Shown here: positions 9,020 to 21,093 of the stretch, one piece after another
Numbering within the stretch: position 1 is the first letter of the stretch
Layout: every line of letters starts with the position of its first letter
DNA from: Ionaspis alba
Taxonomy: Eukaryota
Length of the DNA: 41,769 bases
NCBI GenBank assembly: GCA_964255285.1
Contig: CAXUUL010000060.1
Coordinates: forward strand, 1 to 41,769
Direction: 5' to 3'
Translations under genes and position numbers: made by a program
The notes under the pieces: model-generated
The model's input: the letters and a program-made list of their open reading frames with translations, nothing else
The model's database searches: none
What the model was told of the DNA's origin: nothing

Positions 9020-12000
9020 GGGGACGAAGTAATGCATGCTGTAATGAATGAAGGATTGAGGATTCGGGGCTGGGGTTTAGCTACTTTGATACATGAAGGA
9101 TATGGGGGCGATTCAGGCAATTCTGGGAGAATCGGNNNNNNNNNNNNNNNNNNNNNNNNNNNNNNNNNNNNNNNNNNNNNNNNNNNNNNNNNNNNNNNNN
9201 NNNNNNNNNNNNNNNNNNNNNNNNNNNNNNNNNNNAAGCAAGATGTTTTGCATTGCGTACCTACATGCAACGTCCCTGTTGTGGAGCATGCGCACTTCAT
9301 GTTCGACACGTCATATGCGATCTGTTATGTAAGGAAGACGTAGATTTACCCCCCAAAATCGATACAATGCTCCATTGTTGACGTTGTACGAGGCGACGCA
9401 ACCCTAATTAGGGCCCATGTGAAGTCACACAAACAGTTCAGACACTGTCACTGTTCTTGCGAGAAGGAGGCAGTACTTCTCCGTTTGCACGAGTTTTCTG
9501 AATTCTAGCAGTGGAGAGCTTGCTGTCTGGATGAATTCTTGAACTTGTTCCCCGCTCCTGTCCTAAGCCCTGCGTGGTTATCTTGTGGTTCGGGGTAACG
9601 ACAAGCCTTGTTGGTTTGGTTGGAAGTCAATAGAACTACATGATATAAAAGGTAGAACGCCCGCAGTATCTGCTTGCTTCTGAGTTCAGTTGAAGTTCAA
9701 TCATGCATATCAGAATATACTCTGATCTTTTCCTTGGCTCTGACACCTTTTGCTTGGGCGGAATTATCTGCGTATTGCCAAGGACTGCCTTCATATTTGT
9801 TAGCAAGGTGATGCTAGAACTCTCGATAGGACGATTTGTGCCATTCTCTGCGATATGCTCGTCGGGACCATGCTTTTGACTTGAGGATGGACGCCATGCG
9901 CAATGCTTCCGAAAGCTTGGAAAAGGGACCGAGCGTTTCGGTTTCATTTGCTGATGGGAGTCAAGGTCTTTCCAACCACAGAACCTGGGCACCCATCTCG
10001 CTCATGCTAGTATTACGTATGAAGCAAGTATGAACCCGAAAGTGCCCTTGTACTATGTTGACAATGCCCTGAATCGTGGGAAAGGAATCAGCTTTGCTCA
10101 CGTCTTCAAGGCTTCACGGCCAGATGCACATCGGAAGGATCCCGTGAGAAATTAAGATTGCCCTTCCCGGCGCCCCGAGCGGCGAAATGACCATGCAAGA
10201 CTCCCACATCTAGTGCTCGTTGGCCGGCGTCGCTCAGTCCTATGATCGGAGAGAGTGTGCGAGGGGTACCTCTGTAAATGTTGATCCCCTCATGGACAAT
10301 GAAGTCTGTATGGTCCTCCAGGAACATATAACTATATCATGTCGAATGGTCTCGACCACTCGGAAGAGCACCACACGTACTTATCTCCAATGGAGCCAAG
10401 TCCATGCTGAGCGTGGATCTGCACTCGTATGGCCGAGGGCATGGGGGAGAGATCGGATGGGGTGAGAGGCCTAGGAAGCTTCAGCCGCAAGGCAGCCTTT
10501 TGGCGAACTTCACGCACCGCAGTCAGGCAGCCATGGGCACTTTCAAATGCCGGACACAACGTCAACTAGTCATAACGAAAAATCAAATGCGATATAACAT
10601 GCATTCAATGACAGCTCCTACATACTCTTTGTTTCTATCAGCAATGTCTGTCCCTTTCCGAGGGCTAGGGTTGCAATCAGCAACCACGGCTTCGCTGTCC
10701 ATACCATGGATGGACAACGTCCTCATGGTATCAGACGATAATATCAGGGTTCAATCTACTCGAAGAAGAAGGCGATCTGCATAAAAGGCCACTGTCCGGC
10801 TCAGATAGGGCTTTTCAGTGCTTTGAGATTAAGTCGTATCATTACAACAGTTCTTCTTGCTGAAGAAAAGCTTGTAGGTGTTTTCACACTCGCGGGAGGA
10901 CCAATCTTTGGTCCCTCTTTGTATTCTGCTTGACTAACATAGTTACTACAGACCATCTCATCTGAAAACGTCATCCTAAGCAACGATTGGGGTAATGGAA
11001 GGTGCTAATGGTCAAAAAAGTACTCCGGCTCAGGAAAGCACGTGCAAAATCCCAAAAGTATACCTTTCCTCGAGCATTATATACTCCCGCTTTCAGACAC
11101 ACAAGAGCTGGTTCTGACCTTGTCACGCAACACCACGGATAGTTCGCAAATCACTACGTTTCAATCGCTGACTCGTTCTCTTTTACAGAAAGAGAAAACG
11201 TCTCCTCCACCAGCAGCCGATGCAAACGAAGTCCAGAACACAAATCCTGGAGCCCGAGCCAACAAGACTACGGGGTTTGANNNNNNNNNNNNNNNNNNNN
11301 NNNNNNNNNNNNNNNNNNNNNNNNNNNNNNNNNNNNNNNNNNNNNNNNNNNNNNNNNNNNNNNNNNNNNNNNNNNNNNNNACGAAGTCCAGAACACAAAT
11401 CCTGGAGCCCGAGCCAACAAGACTACGGGGTTTGAAGCTAAGGCAAAGCCCCCTGGTCTCGATATACGACAACGGAAATGAGCATTCGTTGTGCTGTCGG
11501 GGAAGCCTGTCTCTACCTCTGCCTTCGTACCTTTTACGAAGCCCTCCCTTCGACAACACATCTGAGGTCAAAAGTTTGTGGCTGCTTAAGCATGTTCTGG
11601 GGTGATCACCATAGGAGTATATTCTGACGACAGTGCCCACTCTGGATCAAACACTTTGAAGCGATATTGTGATGGTAATAGGCCTACTTAGAAGAAAGAA
11701 TGGCACATTACCATTGGAAGACGTGGAGTCGGAGGGCTAGATGGAGTTAGTAGCGGTGAAAGCGTGGGGACCCTATAGACTGAACTGGAGGGAACCGGTT
11801 TCGACTGTATCAATAGATTGGATAGCCACTACAAGCGAGTCGATTCAACTGTATCACTGAAATATTCTATTCGTTACCTGTCCTCTTTGAATTCATACCA
11901 CATTCATGTCGATGAGCCCATCTGACCAAACGGCCATCCTACCTCGAGGCTCAAATAGTTTCCCACCTTATTACTTCATGGGTTGAATTTCCTTTCCCTT

Positions 12001-12522
12001 ATCGCTGCCGCTCGTCAAAGGACCGCGGATGAAGCGCGCTACGATAAATCTGACCGCAGTCAAAAATTTAGCGCAAGACCAAACCCTCGATCAATGGGAT
12101 GGGAGGCAGACAGTTATGGGCCTAGGGAGTGGAAGGCCATGAACTTAGATGTGGACTTGCCAAATAGACTGCTTTAGCGGAGCATTTCTAGTTCAAGAGT
12201 TGTGGCGTGGTGGTCTTCTGGTGATATCTAAATTCATACGGCTCTCTTCGCGCTAGATTCCTCGTCGAGGCGAGCGTCCTAAAACTTTTCATACAACGTA
12301 AAGACGGCGTTATGAGCATGGCACCGCGAACCTTCTACGCCTGTTCGAATATGGTTGGCATGTCCCTATGAGCTTATCGCGCTTGTGCATTCGATGATTT
12401 CTGTGCGGAATGTTTCTGTCACCCACTTCGTCTGTCCGTATGCCATCCCTGCTCGAAGATTACGCCACCGAATGCTCTTTGTGTGAGACCGAGCCAACGT
12501 TGAACGTGTCTTCTAACGCCGT

Positions 12523-14710
12523 TCACGTCCATGCCGGCCAGTCAACTGCCACACCGTGACTATCTCTAGCCTCAGACGTTTCCCAGGGTAGTGGTAGAGC
12601 TGGCCATTCTCTGGAAAGGAGGTCCTTGAACGCCACGTGAAGGGGGAAGCCGGGTGACGATTCATTTGCAACCTGAGCATAGAACCCTCCCTCTACTGTG
12701 AGAGGGAGATCCAAGAAGAATCTATTCTGCAGACCACAGAGTGTGTCCTCGAGCAAGCGGTTCTTTTGTACAGAAATGCTATCCTCCTCGTGGTACCTCT
12801 CTTTGTAGAGCTTCTCCTGTTGTTGGAGCAGGCGAAGCAGGTGGCCCTCTTTGTCGGGTCCCAAGAATATAAGATGAGACTGTATTAGACCTCTAGTAGC
12901 GCAAAGTCTTAACCGAGCTCCCGATTGCGTTTGTATCATTGGCTTCTCAAGTAATTTTTTGATTCGACCCCGGATGGATACAAACTCTTCGCGAACGGAA
13001 GTTTCCGAGCGTTTATTTCGTATGCTACGGGAGTCTTCCAAGTGGATATATCGCCAGAATTCGAGCAGACCGAGAGCAAAAACTTCGTCGTCTTCCGATT
13101 CAGACGCTTCGACTTCGTCCAAGATATCGAGTACTGTCTTCATCGACCTCGAGTTTTGGCCAAATCCATCAAAGTCCCGAAAAGGATAACTCCAATCACT
13201 CAGTTGTACGATAAGCAGAAGCTTCTTGAGTCTCAGAATATTTGTATCCACACCCATCAACGGTTGTGCCTCAGCGAGAGCCGATAAGAGAAGCTTTTCC
13301 AGGGCGTGGAATTTTTCCTCTGCTAGATAGATCTTTGCCTGTAGAAGAATCCAGGGAAAGGTTATCTGAAATCTTCGTTTCGGGCTTGCCGCGCGTATAT
13401 GTCGTGACGCTATCAGAGCTCGATCGATGAGTAATTCCCCTTCAGCGTAACGGCCTTCGGCTGCGAGACACCTGGCCTTGGAGAACATTAAAAGGAATTT
13501 GACAATCTCCGTAATGCTCGTACATACGAAGTCAGTAGTTTCTCCGAGCAGAGGAAGATGGTCCAAGGTAGCCAAAGCATAGGATAAGCTATTATTATTC
13601 CTACAGACTTCAATGTATCTATTCAGCGCCTGTGCGACCTCCGTACAAATCGTGTAAATCTGCTCACTTGTGGGAGTGCTGAGGCCGACGGCCATGTCCT
13701 CACAAACCTTCCTCAACGACCTTATTACTGGTAGGACTGCCGGATCATTGAGGAGTTCTCCTTTCAGACGGGAACGGCAATCCAGAAATTTGTTGTCGAC
13801 GATAGGATGTTGAGCTGGAGGGACATCTTCAGGATCCTCGAAATTGTTCTGATTGTTCTCTGTTGGTAAGATTCTTCCTTTGTTCAAGTGACCTTTCCGG
13901 TCTCGCTGTTTGGTTTTGGAAGGAGGCGTAAAAAAAGTAATGGAAGAAGGGGCAGCTATAGTTGACATGAGTCGTTATGCCGAACAAGGAAGAATCATGG
14001 TCTTACACGGTATATTAGGGCTCAAGGTTAGTCCTTTTGCATAGCGCCGGAGCTTCGCATCGGACACTCTGGCCCCTCTGTAAAGGAAGACAGTTTTCTT
14101 GCTCTCTACTACCTGGCGTAGGTTTGCCATCTTTAGCATGTACTTGTACTGCGTTTTCGTGAGGTTTTTGCCGAGACCCCATTCCTTGAGCTTTTCTTTG
14201 AATAGCTTCTCCCTGATCATCAGTCGTGAGAGAATGCTGTAAGCAGCTTTGATGTTGTTACTTACGAAGCACGAAAGTGATGTTCGTCTTCCAAGACCTT
14301 GCGTGTCACAGCAAGCGACTTCCCTTCTTCCATGTACACCCTCTCTATGATTGGTCTAACATTCTCCCATTGAGTGGCTGAGATTCTTGTCCGAGCTTGC
14401 ATTGTGCCGGTCTCGGATCTGGTAACAGCGGCAGTACCTACCGTATAGTCTTCGGCCTCCCTATTGGCATCAGAAGCGGGTAAGGGGCAGTATGGATCTG
14501 CATTGATGACATCTCCTGCTTGCTCTAAAGTCGTCCATGCGAGATCGGCTCGATCTACGGGCTCCGCTTCCTGGATGGATGTTGCGTCGAAGTCAAAGTC
14601 CTGATCATGCAATGGACCTCCTCCGAAGTCTAAATCTGTAGCGTACAGATCGATTCCAAGCGGCACTTCTTGAGCAAAGGTCGTTTTTAAGGAGTCTTCA
14701 CCGATTCCGA
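12523..14710 (-). CDS. Clr5-domain protein with a helical/TPR-like C-terminal region; 5' end lies in or beyond the N gap; exons <14710-14266, 14212-14007, 13955-12523
   Basis: The spliced segment QWENVRPIIERVYMEEGKSLAVTRKVLEDEHHFRAS|EKLFKEKLKEWGLGKNL matches the Clr5 domain pattern. Introns 14265-14213 (GTAAGT..CAG) and 14006-13956 (GTAAGA..TAG) join three listed ORFs in frame. TPR-like stretch: ARCLAAEGRYAEGELLIDRAL. Confidence 0.8.
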
Positions 14711-15367
14711 NNNNNNNNNNNNNNNNNNNNNNNNNNNNNNNNNNNNNNNNNNNNNNNNNNNNNNNNNNNNNNNNNNNNNNNNNNNNNNNNNNNNNNNNNN
14801 NNNNNNNNNNTCGAATACAAGAGCGTCGCTTCATGACACACGAAAACACCGTTTCAATGCAACAATGTAACACTGCAATATGTGCTTTGAGATGAAGAAG
14901 ACTCTTTGCCAGGAGGTTTGAAACACCAAAAGTCGGCGGTTGAAATTGGCGCCAAGCCTTCGAATCTCCGAGCAACGTCTAATGTTCTACCAGCATACAC
15001 AAGGACGACAGACAGGAATGGTAATGGATTGAACGGCTATGAAAGCAGAATAATACACCTCATTCATTAACAAAACAGTATAATCGTAAAATGCAATCCA
15101 GTCTCGTGAGAGCGAACACTATAATACTCCTAACCCAAAATCTAAACTCCACAACCATTCCCAGTGGTAACCACATCAGGTAACGACAGCAGCGGTGGGT
15201 ATCATACCATCAACCCACATAAAAAGCAACGAGAGAAGACCACGCACCACAAGCCTGACACAATCTTGCCCAAAACAAACACCACTTTTCCGCCCCACGA
15301 TCGTGACAATATATACAGAAATCAGAAAGGGGTATAGACAACCACTCTCATCCACTCAAGCAACCCC

Positions 15368-16411
15368 TCACGACTGCGCAATATCAAAAGTCGGACTCGG
15401 CGGCGTAACCTCAATAATCGCCGGTCCAAACAAAATCTCCGAATCCATAATCGCCTTCGACACATTCGCATTCGCCAAAAACACATACGTCTGCCCCATC
15501 GCCGTGTCAGGAATGACCCCACTGATCATCCCATTTTTCATAACCGCCGGCACACTCGTCGTCGCCAGGCCACTCACAAACGTCAAAAAGCTATTCGCCG
15601 CCATCGCGCCGTCGACCGAGAACGTGAACTCGATACCCGGCGCGGCGGGAATGCCCTGCGTGGCTTTGAGCGTGGGGAAGGCCTTGACGGGTAAGGCGGC
15701 GTTGGTCGCGGGGCAGGATTTGATGAAAGCGGCGGCGAGAGTGAAGACGGGGTTGAGACCTAGTGCCGTGCCGTAGGGGTTTGCGGGCGCGACTTGACCG
15801 AGGTTGAAGCGCTGCAGGGAGGTGTGCAGGGCTTCGGTGATTAGGATGGAGCCGGCGACGCCGAGGTAGGCTTTTTCTTTTATGAGGGGGGCGCCGCCTA
15901 GGTAGGCGGATGTGCCGACGCTGGGGTACGAGTCAGTAAAGTATTCTTTTGTTGTTGGGGGATTGAACGGAAGAGGGAGGCGGGGACTCACCCTTCGAGG
16001 ACAGAGGAGAGGGTTACAAATGACTTGGGGTCTTTGTATGGGAAGGCGTATTCGCAGGCGGCGACGGGAGTGGCGCCCGCGGCTGTGATGGCGGATGAGA
16101 GGAGCTTGACGTGCTCTTCTTCGTCGTGGGCGATGAATTTGAGGTTGTTGTAGTATTCCTTAGTGAAGCCGGCGGCGAGGAAGTCGGATTCGGGCATCAT
16201 GGAGAGAGCGCGCTTGTAGAAGACGTTTTCGAGATGCTCGAGCTGATGGATGGTTAGCTATCGGAACTTTTCGAAGGGGGAGGATAGGACTGACTGTCAA
16301 GGCATATTGGAGGATGTCGACATCAGTGACTTCGGCACGTTTCTCAATGGGGTGGGCGAAGACGGAGGTAGCAAGCAGCGCCGTGGCTGCTGTGCTGATA
16401 GAGAACTTCAT
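15368..16411 (-). CDS. rds1: Secreted Rds1-like stress/desiccation-related protein (Ferritin_2 fold); exons 16411-16295, 16242-15992, 15920-15368
   Basis: Signal peptide MKFSISTAATALLATSVFA and Kex2-like KR. Motifs DVDILQYALT|LEHLENVFY, IAHDEEEHV, ACEYAFPY, SVLEG|VGTSAYLG, GSILITEALH and FIKSCP. Two canonical introns (52 and 71 nt). Confidence 0.88.
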
Positions 16412-18500
16412 ACTTGGGATTAAGAGTAAAGATGGACTAATATGAGAGTGTGTGAATGCGTCTGATGTTAAGTTGTCTGCTAAGTGGTAATGTATGAAGT
16501 CTGGATGATGGATGGACGAAACGGGAGAAGGAGGGCCAGCTCCCCTTTTGTAGTCCTCCCATCTTGCGTGCCTGCCATGAACGACGCCTTGACAGATGAC
16601 GGGATAAGAGCTGGGTCAGAAAAGCATAGCATCAGACGGGTAAGAAGGATTCAGTCAGCGGAAGGAGACCAGGCCGAAAGAGAGCGCAGAGAGCTCTTGC
16701 ACATCGAACTTTCGAAGCTTTCAACCGTCAGGGTCTCCTTCGGCATCACGCTAGTGTGGTTGATGCATGCCTGAACAGGCCCTTGGGGCATCCAAGCTGA
16801 GCTTAGCACTGAAACTCTAAGCCGCTTCAGGAAAGAAACACATTTTAAGCTCATCAATGCGCATCATCACATTGGAGGGAAGTGTGCAGCCAGGACGTGC
16901 TGAGTGAGATCCATGACCCAAAGGGGCTTAGCACCCTCGAGCGGGAGCGCCCTGACCGGCGCTAACGAGCTGTCGGCCGCTGAGGGTTCCGGTTGATCAG
17001 CCTGCTATGCTCCACGCGGGGCGCGATACATCATGACGGTATCTGCCGCTGATTGGCGCCTGTGGCTGATCGGGGTCGACTATTCTACGGAAAATCAAGA
17101 AATACGTCAGTACAATGTACATAATACATGGATACTTGGTGCTTGCGATGAAGCTACTGGAGCTGTAAAATGCATTACCGTAGCGGGGAAGTTGCAACTT
17201 TGCATCGTGTACCACGAACGGATCATGCAAAGTCCGTCATGCCTGGAAATGGCAGATTGGGAAGGCCAAGATGGGTGGTAGCATGACCGGATGGAACCAA
17301 CGACACAGCCGCGTCCACCTCCATGACTGTATTTGATTCCTTCACCAACTTACGGACTGGTAGAAACTGTTTCTTCGGTAGGATGACTTCCGCACTACAA
17401 ATAACCAAAACATAATCAACAACAATCCATCAGTCAGACTTAGTCCATTATTGAAGCGGGCGCAGACATTTTTTCAGCGACGGCGTTGCTCACGAATACA
17501 AAATAGAAATACATCACCGCTCACCAAAAATACTCGTAATACTTAACAATAATGCCATGGCCGGCAAATAATTAAGACGAACCTGCAAAGCGACATCTTT
17601 TCCTTTTCTTTCTTTTCCTCGATCAATGCGGGACCTTGCATTTCACCCTGATCCCTACCACACCAACCATCCATGCCCATCCATCCTTTCCAACGGCCAC
17701 AAGTTCGACCGCCACGAGATAATCGTTACGGCCAAGATTCTCACATCCGTTTGACAGGCGTTTCCCAAAGTCTGAGCATCATGCTGACCGTCGCATTCAG
17801 CTGATCCTAACCCCTTCACTCAAACTGCGGAGATGAGGCTGACCATGTGACCTTCGGGGTTTGTATGTATGCACGTTATGGATAAAGGGTCCTTTGTAGT
17901 GCGGAGGGTACTCCCAGATGAGGAGATCGATCTTCCTAACTTTGCATTTGCGCTGATGTTTGCCACAGGGAGGGGAAGTCCTATATACTGTACAGAGTAG
18001 TCTAGACCTGATGACTCCAGGATTGTGTTTCCTGCAGTTGTCTACCAAGGATCGAAGCGGTTGAGATCATAGTGGGGATGCAGATCGTGTGCTAGTGGAG
18101 CGTGCTGGAAATCTTCCCGTGCAAATGATTCTACCGTCAAAGACGGCAGCGTCGGCATACCTCGGCCCGTGGATGGTAGCTGTGACTCTACTGCCCTCGA
18201 TGGGAATTCTGAATGAAGCGCTCGATAGTCATTTCTGACAAGGAATGGAGCGGTGAATCTGATGGTGCTGAAGCTATTCAAAAGGAAGTCGAACAAACCA
18301 CGAACCGTGTAAATNNNNNNNNNNNNNNNNNNNNNNNNNNNNNNNNNNNNNNNNNNNNNNNNNNNNNNNNNNNNNNNNNNNNNNNNNNNNNNNNNNNNNN
18401 NNNNNNNNNNNNNNCCAGATCCATTCGCGTAGATCAGTTTGCATAATTGCACAAACCCTATCCACTTTATGCAAGGCATCGACCCACCTTCGTAGGCATC

Positions 18501-18518
18501 CCACCACCACCACCACCA
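18501..18518 (+). repeat. (CCA)6 microsatellite upstream of NEDD8
   Basis: ccaccaccaccaccacca read directly, with degenerate CAC units continuing to about 18555. Confidence 0.7.
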
Positions 18519-18623
18519 TCTCCACAATCACCACCATAGTATCAACTCCACCACAGAAAGCTCTTACCGACCTCATTGCCACAAATCTCACACCACTCGT
18601 TTCCCGCCACTCAGCTTCTCAAA

Positions 18624-19161
18624 ATGAACATCAAGTACCTCTTCCCTTCTTCTTAAATTCCAACACAATCCCACTAACACTCTACCAGAGTCCGCACCCT
18701 CACGGGCAAGGAGATCGAGCTGGACATCGAGCCTGACTACAAGGTATTATCCCTCACTCGCCCTTGTTGTGATGCTCCCTACGAGCGCTTTATGGATTAT
18801 GGGTGGCTAAATAAACCCGATAGGTCTCCCGCATAAAGGAGCGTGTCGAAGAGAAAGAGGGTATCCCGCCAGTGCAGCAGAGGCTGATTTTTGGTGGGAA
18901 ACAGATGTGAGTCTTCCATATTTTCTGCATACCTGTGCCGCCACCGCGTTCAGAGAAGTTGACGCCAAAGCGCTGTCCGACACCTCGTCCTTTTTGATGC
19001 GACCGCTTGGCATGATGGGAAGATGGAGACTGCGGGGGATTTACAGCTCGAGGCTGATCATATCGATTACTTGTAGGGCGGACGACCGAACGGCAAAGGA
19101 GTATAATCTTGAGGGAGGGGCGACGCTGCACTTGGTGCTTGCGCTTAGAGGAGGTTGCTAG
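18624..19161 (+). CDS. RUB1: Ubiquitin-like modifier NEDD8/Rub1; exons 18624-18634, 18689-18743, 18824-18906, 19077-19161
   Basis: Spliced product [77 protein letters not shown]. It has the NEDD8-diagnostic Ala72 (LALRGG) and a 1-aa propeptide. All three introns are GT-AG. Confidence 0.96.
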
Positions 19162-19579
19162 ATGGAGTGGTAGTGAAGTGGAGACGGATTTTATGGGGGA
19201 GTCTTAGATGGGTGATGGCTCAGAGGGCGTTGTGGGATAAGTTGACCGGGTTGTTAAGATAATGTTAATCCTACGAGACCATACATAGGGCATTCTGGAC
19301 GAGATTTAAGAAAATCGAGATGAGATGATCTTCACAGAACTTTCTCTTTTCGTTTCTCACTTGAGTCGTCCTTATGGAATTTGTATTCATACATAATATC
19401 ATATCTCCTAATCAGACCCTGTCGGCGCCTTGCGATGCGATCTCCAACCGATTCCCTCCAAATATAGAACGCCGAACATGCGTTATTCCCCCATACATGT
19501 GAAGTCGTCATTACCCGACTCCGAACAACATAAGTGCAAAATCCAATACGACGTAAATGCGACACTTATGATAAATACA

Positions 19580-20765
19580 TCAACCAATCTTCCGCCTCTT
19601 CGCAGGCATAAACGGATCCACCGGTGCCTTAGTCTTAACAANNNNNNNNNNNNNNNNNNNNNNNNNNNNNNNNNNNNNNNNNNNNNNNNNNNNNNNNNNN
19701 NNNNNNNNNNNNNNNNNNNNNNNNNNNNNNNNNNNNNNNNNTCGAGTACGCAGCGCCAGAATTAGCGCCTTGCGGAGGAGGCGATGTGGCAGTGGCTGTC
19801 GGTGGTGGGGAAGAAGCGGGTGGGGACGAGGATTTAGGAACGCAGTTCTGGCTCGTGAGAGCTCTTAGCCGCCTCTCCCGCTCTTCGACGCTGAGGCTAG
19901 TAGACGAAGGTGGTGCAGCAGCAGGGGTGCTGCGTCTTCTGGGAGCAAATATAGTCGGAGTTTTGGGAGCTGGTGCAGCCGGTTTCCGGTGCTCGTTTAC
20001 TAGAGCTTGAGGAGCGTTGCGGACAGCGGTTGCTTTATTGTTGAGTTTGTGGGTTGGTGTCGCCAGGAGGCTTTTCTTAGCGCTGAAGAGACTTAACTCC
20101 CGCGCTTCTCGACGCGCTTTGTCGATGACGCCTTTGCCGGTCAGGGTCTTCGTTTTCGAGCCCGAGGCGAATGTCAAAAGCGCAGAGCCTGTTTGCCCAG
20201 ATGCCAGCCTCGTTCGACCGCCTTCGACTCGCATGCCGCCCATTCGGGGGAGTCGGGGTACGGTTTTGGGGTCGACCACTTTCGAGGTGTGTTTGGCGCG
20301 CTCGGTCAGGATTCCGTCCATTGCGGCTTTGAGGGCGTCGGCATCGGCGTCCACCTCTTTTTGGTTTTCTGCTCGAAGCCGCTTGTAGACTTTGTACCAG
20401 TTCTTGGGGTTCTTGGGTTCGTGGGGTTTTTGTTCCCAATTGGGGACGTCGCGCTTGATGAATTCTCGCCATATTTCGGCGTCGGGGCCGCAGAGTTGGG
20501 GGGAGGCTTCTTCGAGTATTCGCTGTTTGACGTCCTTGTTAGCTTGGCGGGCTTGTGAGGAGGACTCGAAGGGACTATACCAACTGCGCGGGGTTTTCGA
20601 GTTTGAGGAGGATTGGGCGGATGAGTTCGTAGGGGATATCTCCTACATCGGTTATAGCTATTATCGTTAGTAGAGGGACTTTGCACTCATGAAATGGTAG
20701 TATTTACATCTTATGTTCTTTATACACGCCTTCCTGGCAATATGATAGAGTGATGTAGCCGGCAT
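19580..20765 (-). CDS. ELA1: Elongin A (RNA Pol II elongation factor SIII subunit A3); exons 20765-20708, 20657-20581, 20522-19580 (spans N gap 19642-19741)
   Basis: Spliced N-terminus MPATSLYHIARKACIKNIRSITDVGDIPYELIRPILLKLENPAQLRILEEASPQLCGPDAEIWREFIKRD...PKNPKNWYKVYKRL (BC-box plus Elongin A domain). After the gap the frame ends KTKAPVDPFMPAKRRKIG*. Confidence 0.88.
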
Positions 20766-21093
20766 TCTGAGATGTAGTTCTTCGTATAGCGATTGATGGA
20801 AGCTGGCAGCAGGATACAATTCACCGGGGTATTGTAGAAGATTCCTATAAAAGACAAAGGCATCGATCCATATATACACCTCGAGGCATTTACTGCTGAT
20901 CTTAACTCGTGGTGCCCATTGTCCTGAAGGCAGTCCTCGCCTAAAATGTTAGCGCCGGATCTGGATCTAAGCGCGAGCCTAGGTTCAAACCTTATTTTGT
21001 CCAATCATTCCACTTCCGCAGATGAAAGCGAAGCTCGTAAAGCCTCTCGTCAACAGCACCACAATTTCTTCTTCGCTTCTTCTCCTTCGCAAC
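20766..21093. promoter_or_regulatory. Compact divergent (bidirectional) promoter region between ELA1 and THO7
   Basis: 328 bp separate the head-to-head start codons, with a CT-rich tract before the THO7 ATG. Confidence 0.6.

Noticed and set aside
11226..11435. Perfect 55-bp direct repeat (11226-11280 and 11381-11435) flanking an N gap
   Set aside because: The identical copies abut the gap exactly on both sides and 55 is a common de Bruijn k-mer size. This is most likely an unmerged contig overlap rather than an LTR, target-site duplication or real repeat.
15195..15776. 193-aa antisense ORF over rds1 and many other antisense/overlapping ORFs within JHD1, ELA1, PRP6, AIP1 and the ArAE gene
   Set aside because: Shadow frames expected from codon bias of the sense gene; they contain no recognisable motifs.
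17500..17535. Minus-strand ATTTTTG|GTGAGC resembling an Sm site plus 5' splice site (snRNA or telomerase RNA 3' end)
   Set aside because: No U1/U2/U4/U5 hallmark sequence and no telomere template on that strand upstream; a short motif like this is expected by chance.
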